Made by a program: the position numbers and the translations under genes
Origin: Eledone cirrhosa
Lineage: Eukaryota
DNA length: 64,000 nucleotides
Assembly (NCBI GenBank): GCA_964016885.1
Contig: OZ024742.1
Span: 47,740,001 to 47,804,000, forward strand
Reading direction: 5' to 3'
In this document: positions 1-15,339 of the stretch, one piece after another
Position numbering within the stretch: position 1 is the stretch's first letter
Layout of the letters: every line of letters starts with the position of its first letter
The notes under the pieces: model-generated
The model's input: only the letters and a program-made list of their open reading frames with translations
Told to the model about the DNA's origin: nothing
Database searches by the model: none

Positions 1-422
1 ATCAACGTAATTAGATTACGCGCAACCTAATTTTAGGTTTTATGTGTTTAGCGCAAAGTAGAAAGAAATATAAAAAAGAAACGAATGCATTTGATGTATA
101 TAGGTGTACATGTGTATATATACATATATACACATATACAACACTGTATACGAATGTATAGGAATGTATTAAACGTACATGCAGCAATGCAAAATCAGAA
201 ACATGCAACCACAAACACACACAAACATAATTATACACACATATTCTCACACTTTCTCTTTCACTCTACTTTCGTTTCATCATCACTCATTCTTATATTT
301 TTTTCACAGCTCGCATTCATTAGATTATTAGAGTCTGATATTGAGCAATCAATCTTCACTTTTTCAATGAACAGATGCATTCCTTTGAAGTATGTATGTA
401 TGCATGCATAAACACTCCAACG

Positions 423-456
<34 letters not shown>

Positions 457-554
457 ACGAAGGAAATGTCGTAAGTAACCAGGTGGACCATAACGCACCA
501 AAGTACTCAATACTTAGGGTAGTAGAGTAGGTAATAGGAAGTCGGAAAGTGCTT

Positions 555-558
<4 letters not shown>
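457..558 (-). mobile_element. Family A (TA)n-flanked PLE-like terminal element, shortest copy with small terminal hairpin
   Basis: ACGAAGGAAATG..GGACCATAACGCACCAAAGTACTCAATACTTAGGGTAGTAGAGT is shared with 35359-35535 and 45273-45466. Ends in TAGGAAG..CTTCCTA fold-back, with (TA)n on both sides. Confidence 0.75.
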
Positions 559-942
<384 letters not shown>

Positions 943-1431
943 CTTGTAAAATGTAAACAGAGATTCAAGAAATATATTAATACATTAGTTTAGCGCTTTA
1001 AATAACAGGGAAGGGTCTTAACATTTCAGACACTACCCCTCGATCAGGAAATAGAATTAGAAATGAACGATTAAATAGAAAATTAGAGAGGGGAAGGAAG
1101 GGAAAGAATGAAAAAAAAACACACCTGCCTATTCAGTCAGCCATTTTGGGGATTTTTCTGGTCAAGGATTATCTTACGTGTAAGAGAGGATTATAAAAGA
1201 GGTAATTCTGTTATGTGATGTGGACATGAGTATATTCGTGCGTGCGTGTGTGTAAATGGGTATGCGCGGGTGTCTGTGTGCATCTAGTTGTGTTTGTATG
1301 TTTAAAGGATAGGCGTTTGTCCATGAGAGTTTGGCTTTTGTGTGCGTGTGAATATGTGAGTGAGTGTGCACGCATGAAATGACCAGCGTAAGTCAGTGTA
1401 TAGGAAAGTATATCAATTTCTACATACACAC

Positions 1432-1531
<100 letters not shown>

Positions 1532-2160
1532 CCCACATACACACATACACACACACATACACAAAAACACACATTGTAGAGTTGAGGAGGGCTGTGTAAT
1601 CAAAGGCGGTTGTAGCGAATATGACAGTTGTCTTTATATTTCATTTCGTGGTAAGATCATAAACGAAGCTGCTTAGCTTCGGGTAAACAGTATGGTGATA
1701 CAACCTCAAACAGTTAAGCTACAAGGTATGAAATCACTACCTGCGTGGTAGTGGATAGAACCGGGGAGTGATGGAATTGGAGTAAATGTTAGGAAACATT
1801 CAACACCGATGGTGCCACACACCGAGCACCACGCGAACAAAGAAGCTCGCGCAAAAGATACAGGCACACATGCATCTTCAAGCGTGAGCCCTTGAATGTG
1901 AGTCGGTGATGTGTACAGACATATGTACATCCGCGTGCATGCATCATAAAGTGTAGCATTTGAGGGTTAGTTGTGTGCAGGGGTAAACGTGAGTTGGATG
2001 GTATATATACAAATGTTATAAATGTGAGTGTGTATTGTGTGATTGATAGCGTTGTGTGTGTGTGTTAGTGTCAAAGCAATGATAAGGATTAGGGTAGGTT
2101 ATAGGAAGAGTGGGGGTAATTGAGTCCATACACACACACACACATACACATACTCCGCTA

Positions 2161-2194
<34 letters not shown>

Positions 2195-2206
2195 CCATAT
2201 ATATAT

Positions 2207-2307
2207 AATGCGATGAAATACCAATGATGGTTGGAAAATCACTGACGAAGGACTATTTTTATCATATGTAACCCATGTGCAACCACGCAGTATTCTTCTT
2301 TCTTCTC

Positions 2308-2312
<5 letters not shown>
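2207..2312 (+). mobile_element. Family B fragment (GCGATGAAATACC..GGTTGG..TCACTGACGAAGGAC)
   Basis: Aligns by eye to 10025-10125 and 42810-42870; (TA)n flanks. Confidence 0.7.
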
Positions 2313-2356
<44 letters not shown>

Positions 2357-4889
2357 ATTTTTCTTATTTACATATTTATATTTATATTACTTTTATAATT
2401 AAGTAGATGACCTCAGTGTAACAAACAAACAAATCTCTCTCTTCAGAAATTGTATAAAATCTCCAGATTTAATTTGTTGAACTGTAGAAAATATATTTCT
2501 ATTACTGTTTAGCTTATTGCTTGCGCTTGAAATCTACTGCTCAATTTCCTGGCCTGCAAACGATAGTCTCTGTGATTAGCACTTCCAGGAAATAAATCTG
2601 TTTATCATCTAGTTAATGAATTGTAGGTTGCGGAACATTCGTACACAATTTGGTGTTTAATGAAGTGCACATATTCCTTTTTGATGAAGCCATCCAATTT
2701 ACAAGACATGTGATAATTACACCCTTATATTATAAATCTTTCCTAAACATTTATATCAGACATGTTATATTCGCTGGGCCCAACTATGATTCAAAACTGG
2801 TTGATTTATGATTTAAAATATACAATATCCAGAACTCAAAATACCAGCATACACGCTCTATATTTTTTTAAAGCTGAGAGTTGGGACGTGCGGTATATTT
2901 GGATTATATTTTAGTTAGTTAATGAATGAAGTGGTTCATCTATTTTAAATGCTAAAGCTACTTTTTTCATAATATTCCATTATTGTTAAGTAGAAAGTAA
3001 AAACGCTTGAAGTGTGTCTAAATGGAAGAAATTTTATAGTGTGACAATGTTCACATGTTAAAAGGAAAATGTAGGCTTCGAAAGATTCTAATATATATAT
3101 AATTATTAAGATAAACTTTGTTTAATCATGTGTAGCTTATTATATTTGCCAACTATATTTAATTTTGTGGTACAACGGTGGTGTTTTTGCACGACAAAAT
3201 TTGTGAATTTGCATCGTGATGTTTTACTGGCTTTCAGTATTTTATCTTCAAATCCTTCCAATATGTTGAGTGGTTGCGGTGATAATATTGGTGGTGGGTT
3301 GTCATATTTCCTAAATCATGATATCAACTCAGGGTAGGGCAATCACGAGAGGTCGAAGGAAATGCCTTACTATATTTGTTATGAATTCAAATCATGCACC
3401 CTCTTTGCCATCAATTGCGGAGTAACCAGAAATTGTCACGAACAATGCCTTTTTGTCTTTGAATAAGCAAGAATAATAATATTTGAAGCAAGTATTGGAC
3501 AACGGTTATTACATACTGAAACAGTTTGCAAAACCCACTATGTTATTATATATATGAAGGTAAGTAAATTATGATAAATATATTTAAGTAATTCACAGGT
3601 TATCTCCTCAGGAGCGCAAATGTTTACGATACACATTCACCATGCCACTATATGTATGACTTTGGGCTTCATTGTGAATAATTATATACGGTACTCAACT
3701 ATATATCATTCATACGAATTTACATATATTTCATTTGTAACCCTCTAGATGAGAATTTAAGCTATTTATATAATGTATGTTCCTAATCTTACAGAAGCAC
3801 TGTTTACATAGCTTTAATATAGACCTGAAGTCGATTATAACATATGGATTTGTGTGACTGTTATCAAATTACTTTGATATATATAGGCTATCGCTGTGTA
3901 ATTGAATACAAATTTAACGCTGATAAAAAGTTACAATCTCTTATAGAGAGAAACTTGATATGAAGATAATAAACAGCAGGTAATTGGTTCATTGATCAGC
4001 TATTCAGATCTTTCAGCTTTTAATTTGACGCATTTCTGGATGTTCCTTAATACATGGCATGTAAATACGTCGATCGATCTTCGTTTCTATACACGAGCAT
4101 AGGAAAACTAATGGCCTTGTATAGAAATGTTTACATTTACAACCCTAGTTATATCTTTCCTGAAAAATCAAAAGCTTCTGACGTTCTTACATGCCTGAAT
4201 CTAATATGAATATATAGTGTGAACATATATAGCCGCAACAATCTCTTGATAAGAACCGAGAGATGAGATGAAAACAGTAATTATATATGGATTTCAATAG
4301 AAGTTATAATAATTAAGCTAGATATCTTTCAGGAATCCGGAATGAATGGAAGCAAAATTTGACACCCACCTATTTGAAGAAATGAATATAATGGAATACG
4401 AATAAATATTAGTATTATGATATTTGACAAAACATCACCCAAACCTCTTTCCAGGCATATTTCTTCGTTTTCATTAATAAGTTTCCTTTTATTATAAACA
4501 ATTAAAAGTAAATGCAAATACACTGTATTTCATCCTTACAGGATCGATACATGAAGGTGGTGCGTTGATGGAATTGTTAAAGAGTCGTACGTGATGCCTT
4601 GTGAATGGATCACTCTAACACATTTTCCTTTCAGAGTGAAACTGTGATATCACTGGTATTAAAGTAAGGATCTCGTTTTTCACATAGTTATTCTATGCGG
4701 AATACAATAACATGTTGATATGAAAACTGTCCTTAAATGTATCGGCTTTTAGGTTAGCTATATAACTGATAATTTAAAAACCAGTAGCATTCTAAATACT
4801 TCACCCGTTTATATATGATATGGAACTTTCCAGAATTCTCGGTTTAATTTTTGGTGATAAATTTATCATTCAAATGCACTGATGGAATT

Positions 4890-6150
4890 GCCATGCAGAG
4901 GTTTTTGCTCCTACCTTGATGCTAATTGCTTTTGCACTTTTGCTTTTGCTAGTAATTATGTGTACTTAGCAGCATCAGTTGCAACTGTTTCCATGGTCTG
5001 GCCAACCTGAGTATCAAGCATGAGATCAGTAGCATTGTTTTTGCTCTCCTTTAAGATAGAATGAAGCTTCTTACTTCTCTCGTGTTTTTCAACAAGTTTC
5101 AGTATACAGTCTTTTGTTGTTTCAAGGTATTTGACCAATCCAACAGTGGTGGTCTTGTAGGTAAGTTCAAATTGGATCAGGCCACGGCCTAGTTGAGTGT
5201 GGTGCATCCTATTACATATCAGCAACTTACGGATTTTTGTGTCGATTCTTTTAATTTCAATCATATTTCAGTTAAAAACAACGAAGCTATAAGTGATAAC
5301 AAGGATTTTATCGCTAACACCTTGTTATGTGCATTTAGCTTTAATGTCAGACCTGCGCGTACTTTCCTGCAAGATTCCTTCGTTGTCCTCTCTTTCATAC
5401 TTGCATGCTCAATGCCGGAGTCCTCATTAGTCCCTAAGCATTTATAGATTAGTCCGGCTCACGTTCCTTTATGATTGTTTCAGCATCTAATTCAACTGAA
5501 TTTGAGTTGACAAGCTTCCCCTTTCTTGAAAGTAGCTTTCACACACTTGACAAGTCCAAGCCCCATCCTGATATCATCACTAAATATTTTTACTGTCCGC
5601 AAAATACCTTCCTGCTCGTCATTGTCTTTGCAATATAGCTTTAAATCCTCCATCTCAATTAGGGGGCTTCTATTCTTGTTGTCAATTTTGTAACCAAAAC
5701 CTTCGGATATAAGGAGTATTAAAGCTATGCAAAGGAGTAAGGTTGAAAGTGAGTCACCCTGGAAAATGCCACATTTGATGTTTATATTCTTAGAAGTTAG
5801 TACTCAATTGGAATGAAATTATTGGAGATTTGTGTTCCACAATGACATATGTTTCATGAAGTTCGAAATCACACGTGAGATTTTTAAAATGTCCAGTGAT
5901 GGGGTATGCTCTCAAAAGATTGACCATGCAGAACTGAGATTTCTGTGTTTATTATGACAGTTCTCAAAGATCATATAAACTAATCAATAGTGGATTTTTT
6001 ACAACCATATGAGCCTCGTCGACACCATTTTTGTTAAATGGGGACAACATTGTTCTCCTCCCAAAACCCGCATGCTTTCTAAATGAGAATAGAGGTTAAT
6101 AGCTTATAATTGGTGAACAAGCATGTTATGGACCGATAGTATTTTGGATC
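4890..6150 (-). pseudogene. Degenerate R4/Dong-like non-LTR retrotransposon reverse transcriptase fragment
   Basis: Minus-strand peptides IKCGIFQGDSLSTLLLCIAL, MEDLKLYCK..VKIFSDDIRM, QKWCRRGSYGCK and IDTKIRKLL..MHH..GRGLI, broken by frameshifts and stops. Confidence 0.8.
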
Positions 6151-6805
6151 CTACCTGATAAAGTACCTCAAATGTGTCTGCGATTATGCTTAGACCACTG
6201 ATTTAAAATTGCATTCAATATTGATAAACCTTATCACATATTACCTATTTCAAATCTCGTTTACTTGGCTACCGATTGATTTCATCTAAAACAATTTTAA
6301 ATGAAATTAAACTCTAAAACTTTAATCCAACATTTTAGACACAACATAAATATTATCGATTCAATTAATTTTACATATGTTTAAATTTCTTCTGTATTGA
6401 AATATTCTGCAGGCAAAGAAGCATAAAATGTATTTCAATTTATGTATGAAAACACTGAATTTTAAATAGCAGGTCAATGACACGCATTGGGAGAGGGCAA
6501 GGTTGCAGATAACAGCTCTGCTAATCTATTTGAGTGAACATCTAAATCTTAAAATGACGTACATCTATCTAAAAAGAAAAGAGCTATCGAAAGTTTACAG
6601 CAGATTTTGCATACTCGAAACTGATAATAATTGATACAGTTTGTATTTATGTAAATTACATGTGTTAAATCAAGGCTGTATCTCCAAATATGTTTTCATA
6701 TGTGTATTCAGTGAAATATGTACACACACACACGCACATACACACACATATATTATGTATATATCTATATGTGTCTGTCTTTCTCTCTCTTTCGTTCCCC
6801 CTCTC

Positions 6806-6936
<131 letters not shown>

Positions 6937-7109
6937 GAAATTAAAAGAAAAGCGAACACAGATATATATAGTTATATGTGTTCAAATCGTAAGGGAGCTG
7001 ATTCGCTAAGGTGAAAAGAATTTTAACTATAGACAATTGGGTTCGCTTGTCTCAATTTAGGAAAAAAATTAAAAAATGAATACAAACCGGAATTGTGGTA
7101 ACTACCAAT

Positions 7110-7183
7110 CACCCATACAACCTGTTGCTGTTTCGCAAATTTAATTGCGAATAGAAATACTAATCCAAGCTCATCAGTGGGTG
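7110..7183 (-). ncRNA. Type I hammerhead ribozyme motif (canonical core)
   Basis: CACCCA-CTGATGA-GC..GC-GAAA-CAGC aacag GTTG-TA-TGGGTG: 6-bp stem I, G10.1-C11.1 pair, GUA triplet. Confidence 0.85.
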
Positions 7184-7511
7184 TTAAATTAGTATCCTAG
7201 ACACATCTATGTATGCTATATATAAAAAATAAAACAACGCACATGGCATCCTAGCGAGTCTCGCAAACCCACTCCACTATAAATAGCAGCCAGATTTACT
7301 CGACATTTGAAATAGCTCAACAAATTAATGGAGCCGAATATATTAAATGTATAAATTGATTTAGGGACTTAAAATAGTCTCTTACAACACAATAGCTCGA
7401 AGAAAGAGATATTTCCGACAATTGACAACTATAGACAATTGGGTTCGCTTGTCTCAATTTAAGAAAAAATTAGGAGAATAAATACAAACCGGAATTGTGG
7501 TAACTACCAAT

Positions 7512-7582
7512 CACCCAGACAACTTGTTGTTTCGCAAAGTTAATTGTGAATAGAAATAATAATCCAAGCTCATCAGCGGGTG
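7512..7582 (-). ncRNA. Type I hammerhead ribozyme motif, second tandem copy
   Basis: CACCCG-CTGATGA-GC..GC-GAAA-CAAC aa GTTG-TC-TGGGTG; GUC triplet. Confidence 0.85.
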
Positions 7583-9416
7583 ATAAATTAGTATCCTAGA
7601 CACATTTATGTATACTATATATAAAAAATAAAACAGCGCACATGGCATCCTAGCGAGTCTCACAAACCCACACCACTAAAAATAGCAGCCAGGTTTACTC
7701 GACATTTGAAATAGCTCAACAAATTAACGGATTCGAATATATTAAATTTATACATTTAAAAATAGGTAAATCGAAAGGGAGTAAACAAACAAGCCATTAT
7801 AAAAATGAGGAAATGTATAAAACATATAAAAAACAATTTCTGGTTACTACTCTCCTTCCACAATCACCAAATCTCTCATTGGTATTGGTAATCTATCGAA
7901 AAGTTTAATAGGTGGAGAGGAATACTAAATACGAGATTGTAGTGAAATAATTTTATAAAGCCATCATTACAGGGGGTCTAACACCACTACTATACTTAGT
8001 AGTAATCACCTAATACTATCTTACAATGACAGGTTAATAAGTTGAGGTGAAACATACTAAAAAACTAATACGAAATATTTATTCAGAATCCCAAAACATA
8101 AATACTAATACAATATGTATAAATACTAATACAATACATAAATACTAATACAATATTATACATAAATACTAATACAATATATATAAAAAACTAATATGAT
8201 ATATTAATTCAGAATCCCAAAACATAAATACTAATGTAAAAGAAACTAATGCAGAAATACGACTAAGAAATTTAGAAATCACGGAAATGGGGCAGCAACC
8301 AGAATGAAAGCAAGTATCTGGGTCTAATACATCTGCTATAAAAAGCGTAATCGGCCAATTCTATCTTAAAATTAGGGGGGGGGGGGTTACTGAGGCTTCA
8401 GATGACCGAAGGGCTGCATCGGGGTTGGCGAGAAGATGAAAAAAAGAACAAGGAAGGGGATCTGGATTGGAAGGACTAGGAAGAGATGGGGAAAGAAGGA
8501 AATATAGAGGAAAAGATAAAAAAATATAAAAAAGTTACGTCTACCTTTGTAAGCAGGGGTTACCCCTTACAAAGTCGGCAAGTGGGGTGTTTCAGCCCTT
8601 GTCTAACCCCCGGGTCATTATGGGGTTTGAGGGCGAGGTAAGTCCTATGCAATCCGTGTTTGCATGCAGTTACCAGTTCCTCTTTCTTGTTTAGGAGTTG
8701 GTCCTTCGACAACAGCATTTGTGATGTTTCCTCCGAGCATAGGTTACACGGACGGCGTCTTCCCATGTAAGAGTTGGCTCTGGACAGTAAGCTCCAAGTG
8801 ATTTTGTAGGTTATATTATTATCTTTGAGATTGTATTAGTATTTATGTTTTGGGATTCTGAATTAATATTTCGTATTAATTGTTTAGTATGGTTGACCTC
8901 AACCTATTAACCTGTCATTGTAAGATAGCATTGGCTGATTACTACTAACTATAGTAGTGGTGTTAGACCGCCTGTAATGATGGCCTTATAACATTCTTTC
9001 ACTACAATCTCGTATTTAGTATTCCTCTCCATCTATTAAACTTTTCTATAGCTTAGCAATACCAATGAGAGATTTGGTGATTGTGGAAGGGGAGTAGTAA
9101 CCAGAATGTTTTATTTTTATATTTTTTATACATTTCGTCATTTTTATAATGTTTTTTGTTTACTCCATTTCGATTAACCTATTTTTTCAACACCGCCTTC
9201 CCTCTTCTCTAGTACACTTTTTCCAACCTTCTATACACCATCCTTAGAATCACTTTCAACGCTTGACTGGGTTTCCTCCACTCCCTCTCGCTCTTTCTTC
9301 TACCGGCAAGTTCAGCTATCCCTACCGTCAACAAAATGCCATGATAGAATCATATGTCTTAAAAACAAACTTTTGACCAATCCTTGTGACAATCACTATA
9401 TTACCATATATGGAAT

Positions 9417-9525
9417 TACCCCCTGAGAAGTTCGGCTATTTATTTACCAGGCTAAAAATTCTTATTTAGTCCAGAATTAGGCGTCGAAACGGCTTGAGCT
9501 CTGCCGTCGGGTCATACTTGTTCCA
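9417..9525 (+). ncRNA. Family A full hammerhead-like motif (G8A, probably inactive)
   Basis: ACCCC-CTGAGAA-..long stem II..-GAAA-CGGC ttgagctct GCCG-TC-GGGT. The 3' half closely matches the family A palindrome arms. Confidence 0.6.
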
Positions 9526-9544
9526 ATATATATATATATATATA

Positions 9545-10240
<696 letters not shown>

Positions 10241-10251
10241 CTCTGTTCTTT

Positions 10252-10298
<47 letters not shown>

Positions 10299-10306
<8 letters not shown>

Positions 10307-10745
10307 ATGAACACAAGAGCGTCTATAACATCAAAAGATTTTTATTGGCTAACAATGTTTCTTCCTTACGTGTAACCGTAGGATTCATCAGAGCTATAAA
10401 AGGGGTTTGATTGGTGTTATGGACTCTACCAACCAAACACCCAAGAACAAAATTAGACTTATCGTCCCCTACTTTTGCTCTTTACTCTCTTTACTCTTTG
10501 TTCTTGGGTGTTTGGTTGGTAGAGTCCATAACACCAATCACACCCCTTTTATAGCTCTGATGAATCCTACAGTTACACGTAAGGAAGAAACATTGTTAGC
10601 CAATAAAAATCTTTTGATGTTGTAGACGCTCTTGTGTTCTTTTTCATATATACGGCTCTGCTCCAAAGCATAGAGCTAATTATTATGCTGCCAATACCTT
10701 AACGGGACACGGGTATATAATACCTAACTCCTACTAACCTAAGTA
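10299..10745. mobile_element. Fold-back element (arms about 10299-10451 / 10497-10650) with mirrored HHR motifs
   Basis: Near-perfect inverted repeat of about 150 bp. Plus-strand 10547-10608 reads TTTTATaGCT-CTGATGA-aTCCT..AGGAa-GAAA-CattG-TT-AGCcaATAAAA. Confidence 0.8.
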
Positions 10746-10795
10746 TATATATATATATATATATATACATAGTAAGAAGTATACAATATATCTCA

Positions 10796-10953
10796 ATTGG
10801 CAGTATTGGTAGAGGGTCGGATTCCATGCTTTGCAGCAAAGTGTTACGGCCCTTTATGATGAGTTCAAATCCCGCTGAGATTAAATTTGCCTTTCATCCT
10901 TACGGGGTCGATAAACTGGGATAATTGCTGGCCTTGTGCCAAAAGTAGAAACA
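10796..10953 (+). mobile_element. tRNA-derived SINE with Nin/Deu-type core (octopus OK-like)
   Basis: A-box-like TGGCAGTATTGG, B-box GAGTTCAAATCC, core GCCTTTCATCCTTACGGGGTCGATAAA, tail GCTGGCCTTGTGCCAAAAGTAGAAAC. Confidence 0.8.
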
Positions 10954-11532
10954 CATATATCTCCTTCCGGGGTTGAACCCATATTATCCTTAAAAATATG
11001 GCTGGAAGACATTCGTTTATATAGTAACGCGGCAAGTTAAAACAAAGGAAGTAGAAACGTTTGTAAATGTGAGTAAATAGAAGTAATATAATATTTGTAG
11101 AAATACGAATATACCCTATATTTCGGTTCTCAAAGAAGAGAAAGTCACCGGTTGCAAGTAATAAACAATAGTGGCCATGATTTGTGAGGTAGGTGAAGTA
11201 ACTGATGTGAAATGAATCTTAAATAATATTAAAATTTATTGAAGCGAAACGGCAATTAAATTGAACAATAACTTATAAATGAGAAGAGGTGCATAGGTTC
11301 AACATATTAACAAAATGTATTCCTAATGCAGTTTTAATATGTGAAACTGTAAGAAAGACAAATCAGGAGAAGAAATAAAACAAATATGTTGATATATTTA
11401 AGAATGTAAGCAAGTAAATGTATGGGAATAAATAAGTATATTATGTATATAAGTGAACAATACCTAAACAATAGAATGCACATACATTCCAGTCTATCTT
11501 TCTGGCTTTCTTTGTGTATGTCTCTCTCTTCT

Positions 11533-11575
<43 letters not shown>

Positions 11576-11588
11576 TTCTTTCTTTCCC

Positions 11589-11619
<31 letters not shown>

Positions 11620-11805
11620 CAGATAGAGTGTGGCAAAAAAACAGGTAGACCATAGTCCATCAGAGTACTCGAGACTTGGGGTAGTAGAGTGGGTAATATG
11701 GAAAAAGATTCAGGACACCGATGGCTGAGATCCGGCCGTTTCAAAAGCTAGATCTAGCTGTCGAAACGGCCAGAGCTCAGCCTTCGTGGTCCTGAATCTT
11801 TTCAT
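11620..11805. mobile_element. Family A fold-back copy (centre AGCTAGATCTAGCT)
   Basis: Inverted arms about 11697-11805; same terminal block as the other A copies. Confidence 0.75.
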
Positions 11806-11882
11806 ATATATATATATGTTGTTATATTTGGGGAGAGTTATATTGTCATGATATTGCCAGAATTATATTTAAAAAAAACAAC

Positions 11883-11959
<77 letters not shown>

Positions 11960-11978
11960 ACACACCCACACACACACC

Positions 11979-12033
<55 letters not shown>

Positions 12034-12423
12034 TATATATATGCGCAAAAGAAAAAGACTTGTGTAATGATTTCTATCTTTATTTTTTTATTTTGATCTG
12101 TATATAAATACATATAATTATGGAGATCTATACAATATTATAATGCATTGTGGCATAGGATATAGTCTCGATTTTGCCCATCTCAGTCATGCTAAAACAT
12201 AACCGGGTTGTAAACTGAAATTTGAGCGAACACCATATGATATAATCGTGAAATGACCATACCCGAACCGAATATGCGGTAACTAATAAAAGTCAGGTAA
12301 TTCGTCATGAAAACATTAAAAGCCTTACATTTCACTTGCCAGCACCATACGGTTTCGACCCTACCAAAACTATTAATTGCAAGTATTAAAAATTGGTAAT
12401 TAACAGTTAACAGTCGTAATAAT

Positions 12424-12603
12424 AATTGTTTCTACTTTTGGCACAAGGCCAGCAATTACCCAGTTCATTACTGGTACTTTATTTTATCGACCCGGTAAGG
12501 ATGAAAGGCAAAGTTACCCTCGACGGGATTTGAACTCAGACCGTAAAGGGACGTAACTATGCTGGAAAGCATGGCGTCCGACCCTCTACCGATACTGCCA
12601 ATT
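12424..12603 (-). mobile_element. Nin/Deu-core SINE copy
   Basis: Reverse complement of the same head, core and tail motifs. Confidence 0.8.
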
Positions 12604-14093
12604 CACCGAATAATAATGATAATAGCACTTTGCAAGTTTCTCATCAACAGGCAATTGTCGTTAAAGAGACAAACTGAGAGTCCTATGTATTCTCTAAAGG
12701 TCAGCAATGCGAACTGGTTGTCAGTGTCCTCTGTGAGAATGGTTACATTAAAGGTAGAGTATCAGGATAGACAGTGCTGCTAGGCTATGTCTGTCTAAAT
12801 ATTATCTTGTTAATGTAATATCAAGAACAACATACGGGTAAATATCAATTAAGTTAGCCTGTATTTTATTCTTAGTTATACAGTAATTTATTGAGAGATA
12901 ACTTTTGGTGGGCATGTTAGTAATTTCATGAAATCTTGAAAACGTGATTTAAATTATTTATCAGTGTATTTGAACCACCACATACATCACTATAACGATG
13001 ACTAACACTAACACCATCCTCATCCTCATCGACTTCATCGTCATCATCATCATCATCATCAACATTATCACCTTTATCATCATGATCACCATCAACATCA
13101 TCATCAGCAGCATTATAATTTTCTCTTTCAGTAATGATATTCTATTAATTCCTATTAATTCCAAATCATTTAAACAACATATATTTATAAATATTATATA
13201 TAGAATATATATATATGCTGACGTATTTATGTGTGACAACACCCAGCGGGTTATAGTATAGTCACTCGGGTAGAAATATCAACGACCGTTTTGAAGATAA
13301 TATTTAGATTTAGGTTAATCTAGGAGAAATGAAATGAAAATCGGTCAACTAACCGAATTAAAACAAATTACTAACTCCCCACTCTCATGTTTCGAATATC
13401 AAATGTAGCCTGACTTAAACTTACGGCGTTTATAGCTGTTTCATATTAGTAGCATTACTTAGAAATGAGCCGTACTGATTTTTCTAAGTGTATAATTACT
13501 GATGCAGAAGTATTTCCCAGCAATCGGCTTTTGATATTAATGCTCGGAACTTCAATAGTATACAGTATCAAACTGTTCCTGTATCTCAAACGACTATGAT
13601 TCATAACTAAAAGGACCACCCACACGATCTAAAGTCATATTTGAAACAAATATGATAAGAGGGATTACAGAAAAAATATTTAACTTAAGTAGATGATAAA
13701 AAAGTCTCTGATATCGATGTGATAAGTTGTAAAACAGATCTAGCATAAAAGGCAGTCAGTAAAAAACAGCCAATGATCCTAAAGTAACGCTAGTATAGAA
13801 CGACAATGAAATGCATCTTTCGTGATATGAAAGACGAATAAAATGTTTGCTAATATACAGAATAAATTGAAACAAATATGTTGCATGAATAAATATAACC
13901 CTCACTATAAAAAATATACCTGCGAAAACACAAGTGGAGCAAATGTGTTTTCTCTTGTGAATATACGTCCACATAACAATGGATAATAAGGCCGAAATAA
14001 GAATGCAGTTTTCTCCGGACAGCTTATGATGAGATTCAGAGGCCACGTTTTCATACTGTCAAAATATTTGATATAATTAATTAAAAACTTATT

Positions 14094-14185
<92 letters not shown>

Positions 14186-14243
14186 TATATATCTGTGTAA
14201 TAATATTCCTAGAATTACTTATTAATTATTACTATATATTTAT

Positions 14244-14700
14244 AGTAATAATAATAAATTTGAAGGCGAAAATCCAAAGAGGGCTCGATAAGGATAAATA
14301 TATATCAAATATATAAGAACCGTAGAGCAAATATTTATTAAAATAACAGATTAAAGTTTAAGCAAATAATCGCTGCTTCCACCCTTAACGTGATCTTCTG
14401 AACGTTTGAAAGTATATACTTTTTTAATGCATATTAACGGCTGAGCAGCCTAATCTGCATATCGAGTGAGTTAGTCGGCCGTGTGTACCGAAAACGATAA
14501 ATGGAAAGAATGAAATAAGTTCAATTCAAACGTTCAATCTACTAACTGGACGGTATACTATGCTGATGACAGCTGGGAAGCTGGAAGCTAGTTCATCGTT
14601 CCTTTGTCAGTGCTGAGCAATAGTCAACGATGGTTGCTGAACACTGTACAAACAAACCGAGCATTATAATAAATGTTCGGTAAACCCATACGTACATATA
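14244..14700. mobile_element. Family C element, followed by a compact HHR-like motif at 14560-14596 (+)
   Basis: CGTAGAGCAAATATTTATTAAAATAACAGATTAAAGTTTAAGCAAA recurs in whole or part near 16456, 27590, 52780 and 58040. The motif reads ATG-CTGATGA-CAGCT ggga AGCTG-GAAG-CTAG-TT-CAT. Confidence 0.65.
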
Positions 14701-14787
14701 ATGTGTGCATGTATGTATATACATACTACTGTACGTCTGTATAGATATATGTATCTACGTATACATACTTATATATATATATATATA

Positions 14788-15170
14788 TATTGTTATACTT
14801 GGGGAGGGTCATATTTGTGTAATATTGCCAGAATTAATAACAGAAAATACAATGCAACGGGAGGAAACAATAGCACCACTAACGATGTTGCAGATGTGCA
14901 ACAAAAGAACTTTGATAAACTATATATATGTCTTTGTGTCTATATTGTATCTGTATCATTTTTGACCGTTGGCAGCATTGAGGACCGAATAAATTAGATT
15001 ACCGATATAAAAGACGCTGAAGCGAAAAGCGAAAACCAACCAAACAGTGAGTGTGTTCTGTTATTAATTCTGGCAATATTACACAAATATGACAACCACC
15101 TCAATTATAACAATATTTGTTTCGACACACGATTTAATATCAAAAACCTCGCAAAACTAATTCATCGCCA
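14788..15170. mobile_element. (TA)n-flanked element with inverted repeats of about 58 bp (14788-14846 / 15056-15114)
   Basis: GTCATATTTGTGTAATATTGCCAGAATTAATAACAGAA and its reverse complement; related fragment at 11818-11870. Confidence 0.65.
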
Positions 15171-15180
15171 TTATATATAT

Positions 15181-15292
15181 AGTTCAAATCCCGCTGAGGT
15201 TAACTTTGCCTTTCATCCTTACGGGGTCGATAAAATAAAGTACCAGTAATGTACTGGGTAATTGCTGGCCTTGTGCATAAAGTAGAAACAAT
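15181..15292 (+). mobile_element. 5'-truncated Nin/Deu-core SINE
   Basis: AGTTCAAATCCCGCTGAGGTTAACTTTGCCTTTCATCCTTACGGGGTCGATAAAATAAAGTACCAG. Confidence 0.8.
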
Positions 15293-15339
15293 TATATATA
15301 TAGAAACCGTATGTACATGTATGTATATACATATATGTA

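Noticed and set aside
1010-1055. Minus-strand CTGATCGA..GAAA hammerhead-like string
   Set aside because: The core box has an insertion and the stems are unconvincing.
3400-4670. Possible host exons (GAAG|GTAAGT near 3559; TTTCAG..GTAAGG near 4633-4668)
   Set aside because: No coherent reading frame or recognisable protein, and such motifs arise by chance in AT-rich DNA.
12961-13261. Met/Ile-rich ORFs (likewise Ser/Leu-rich 62973-63269)
   Set aside because: They derive from (ATC)n and (AGT)n trinucleotide repeats.
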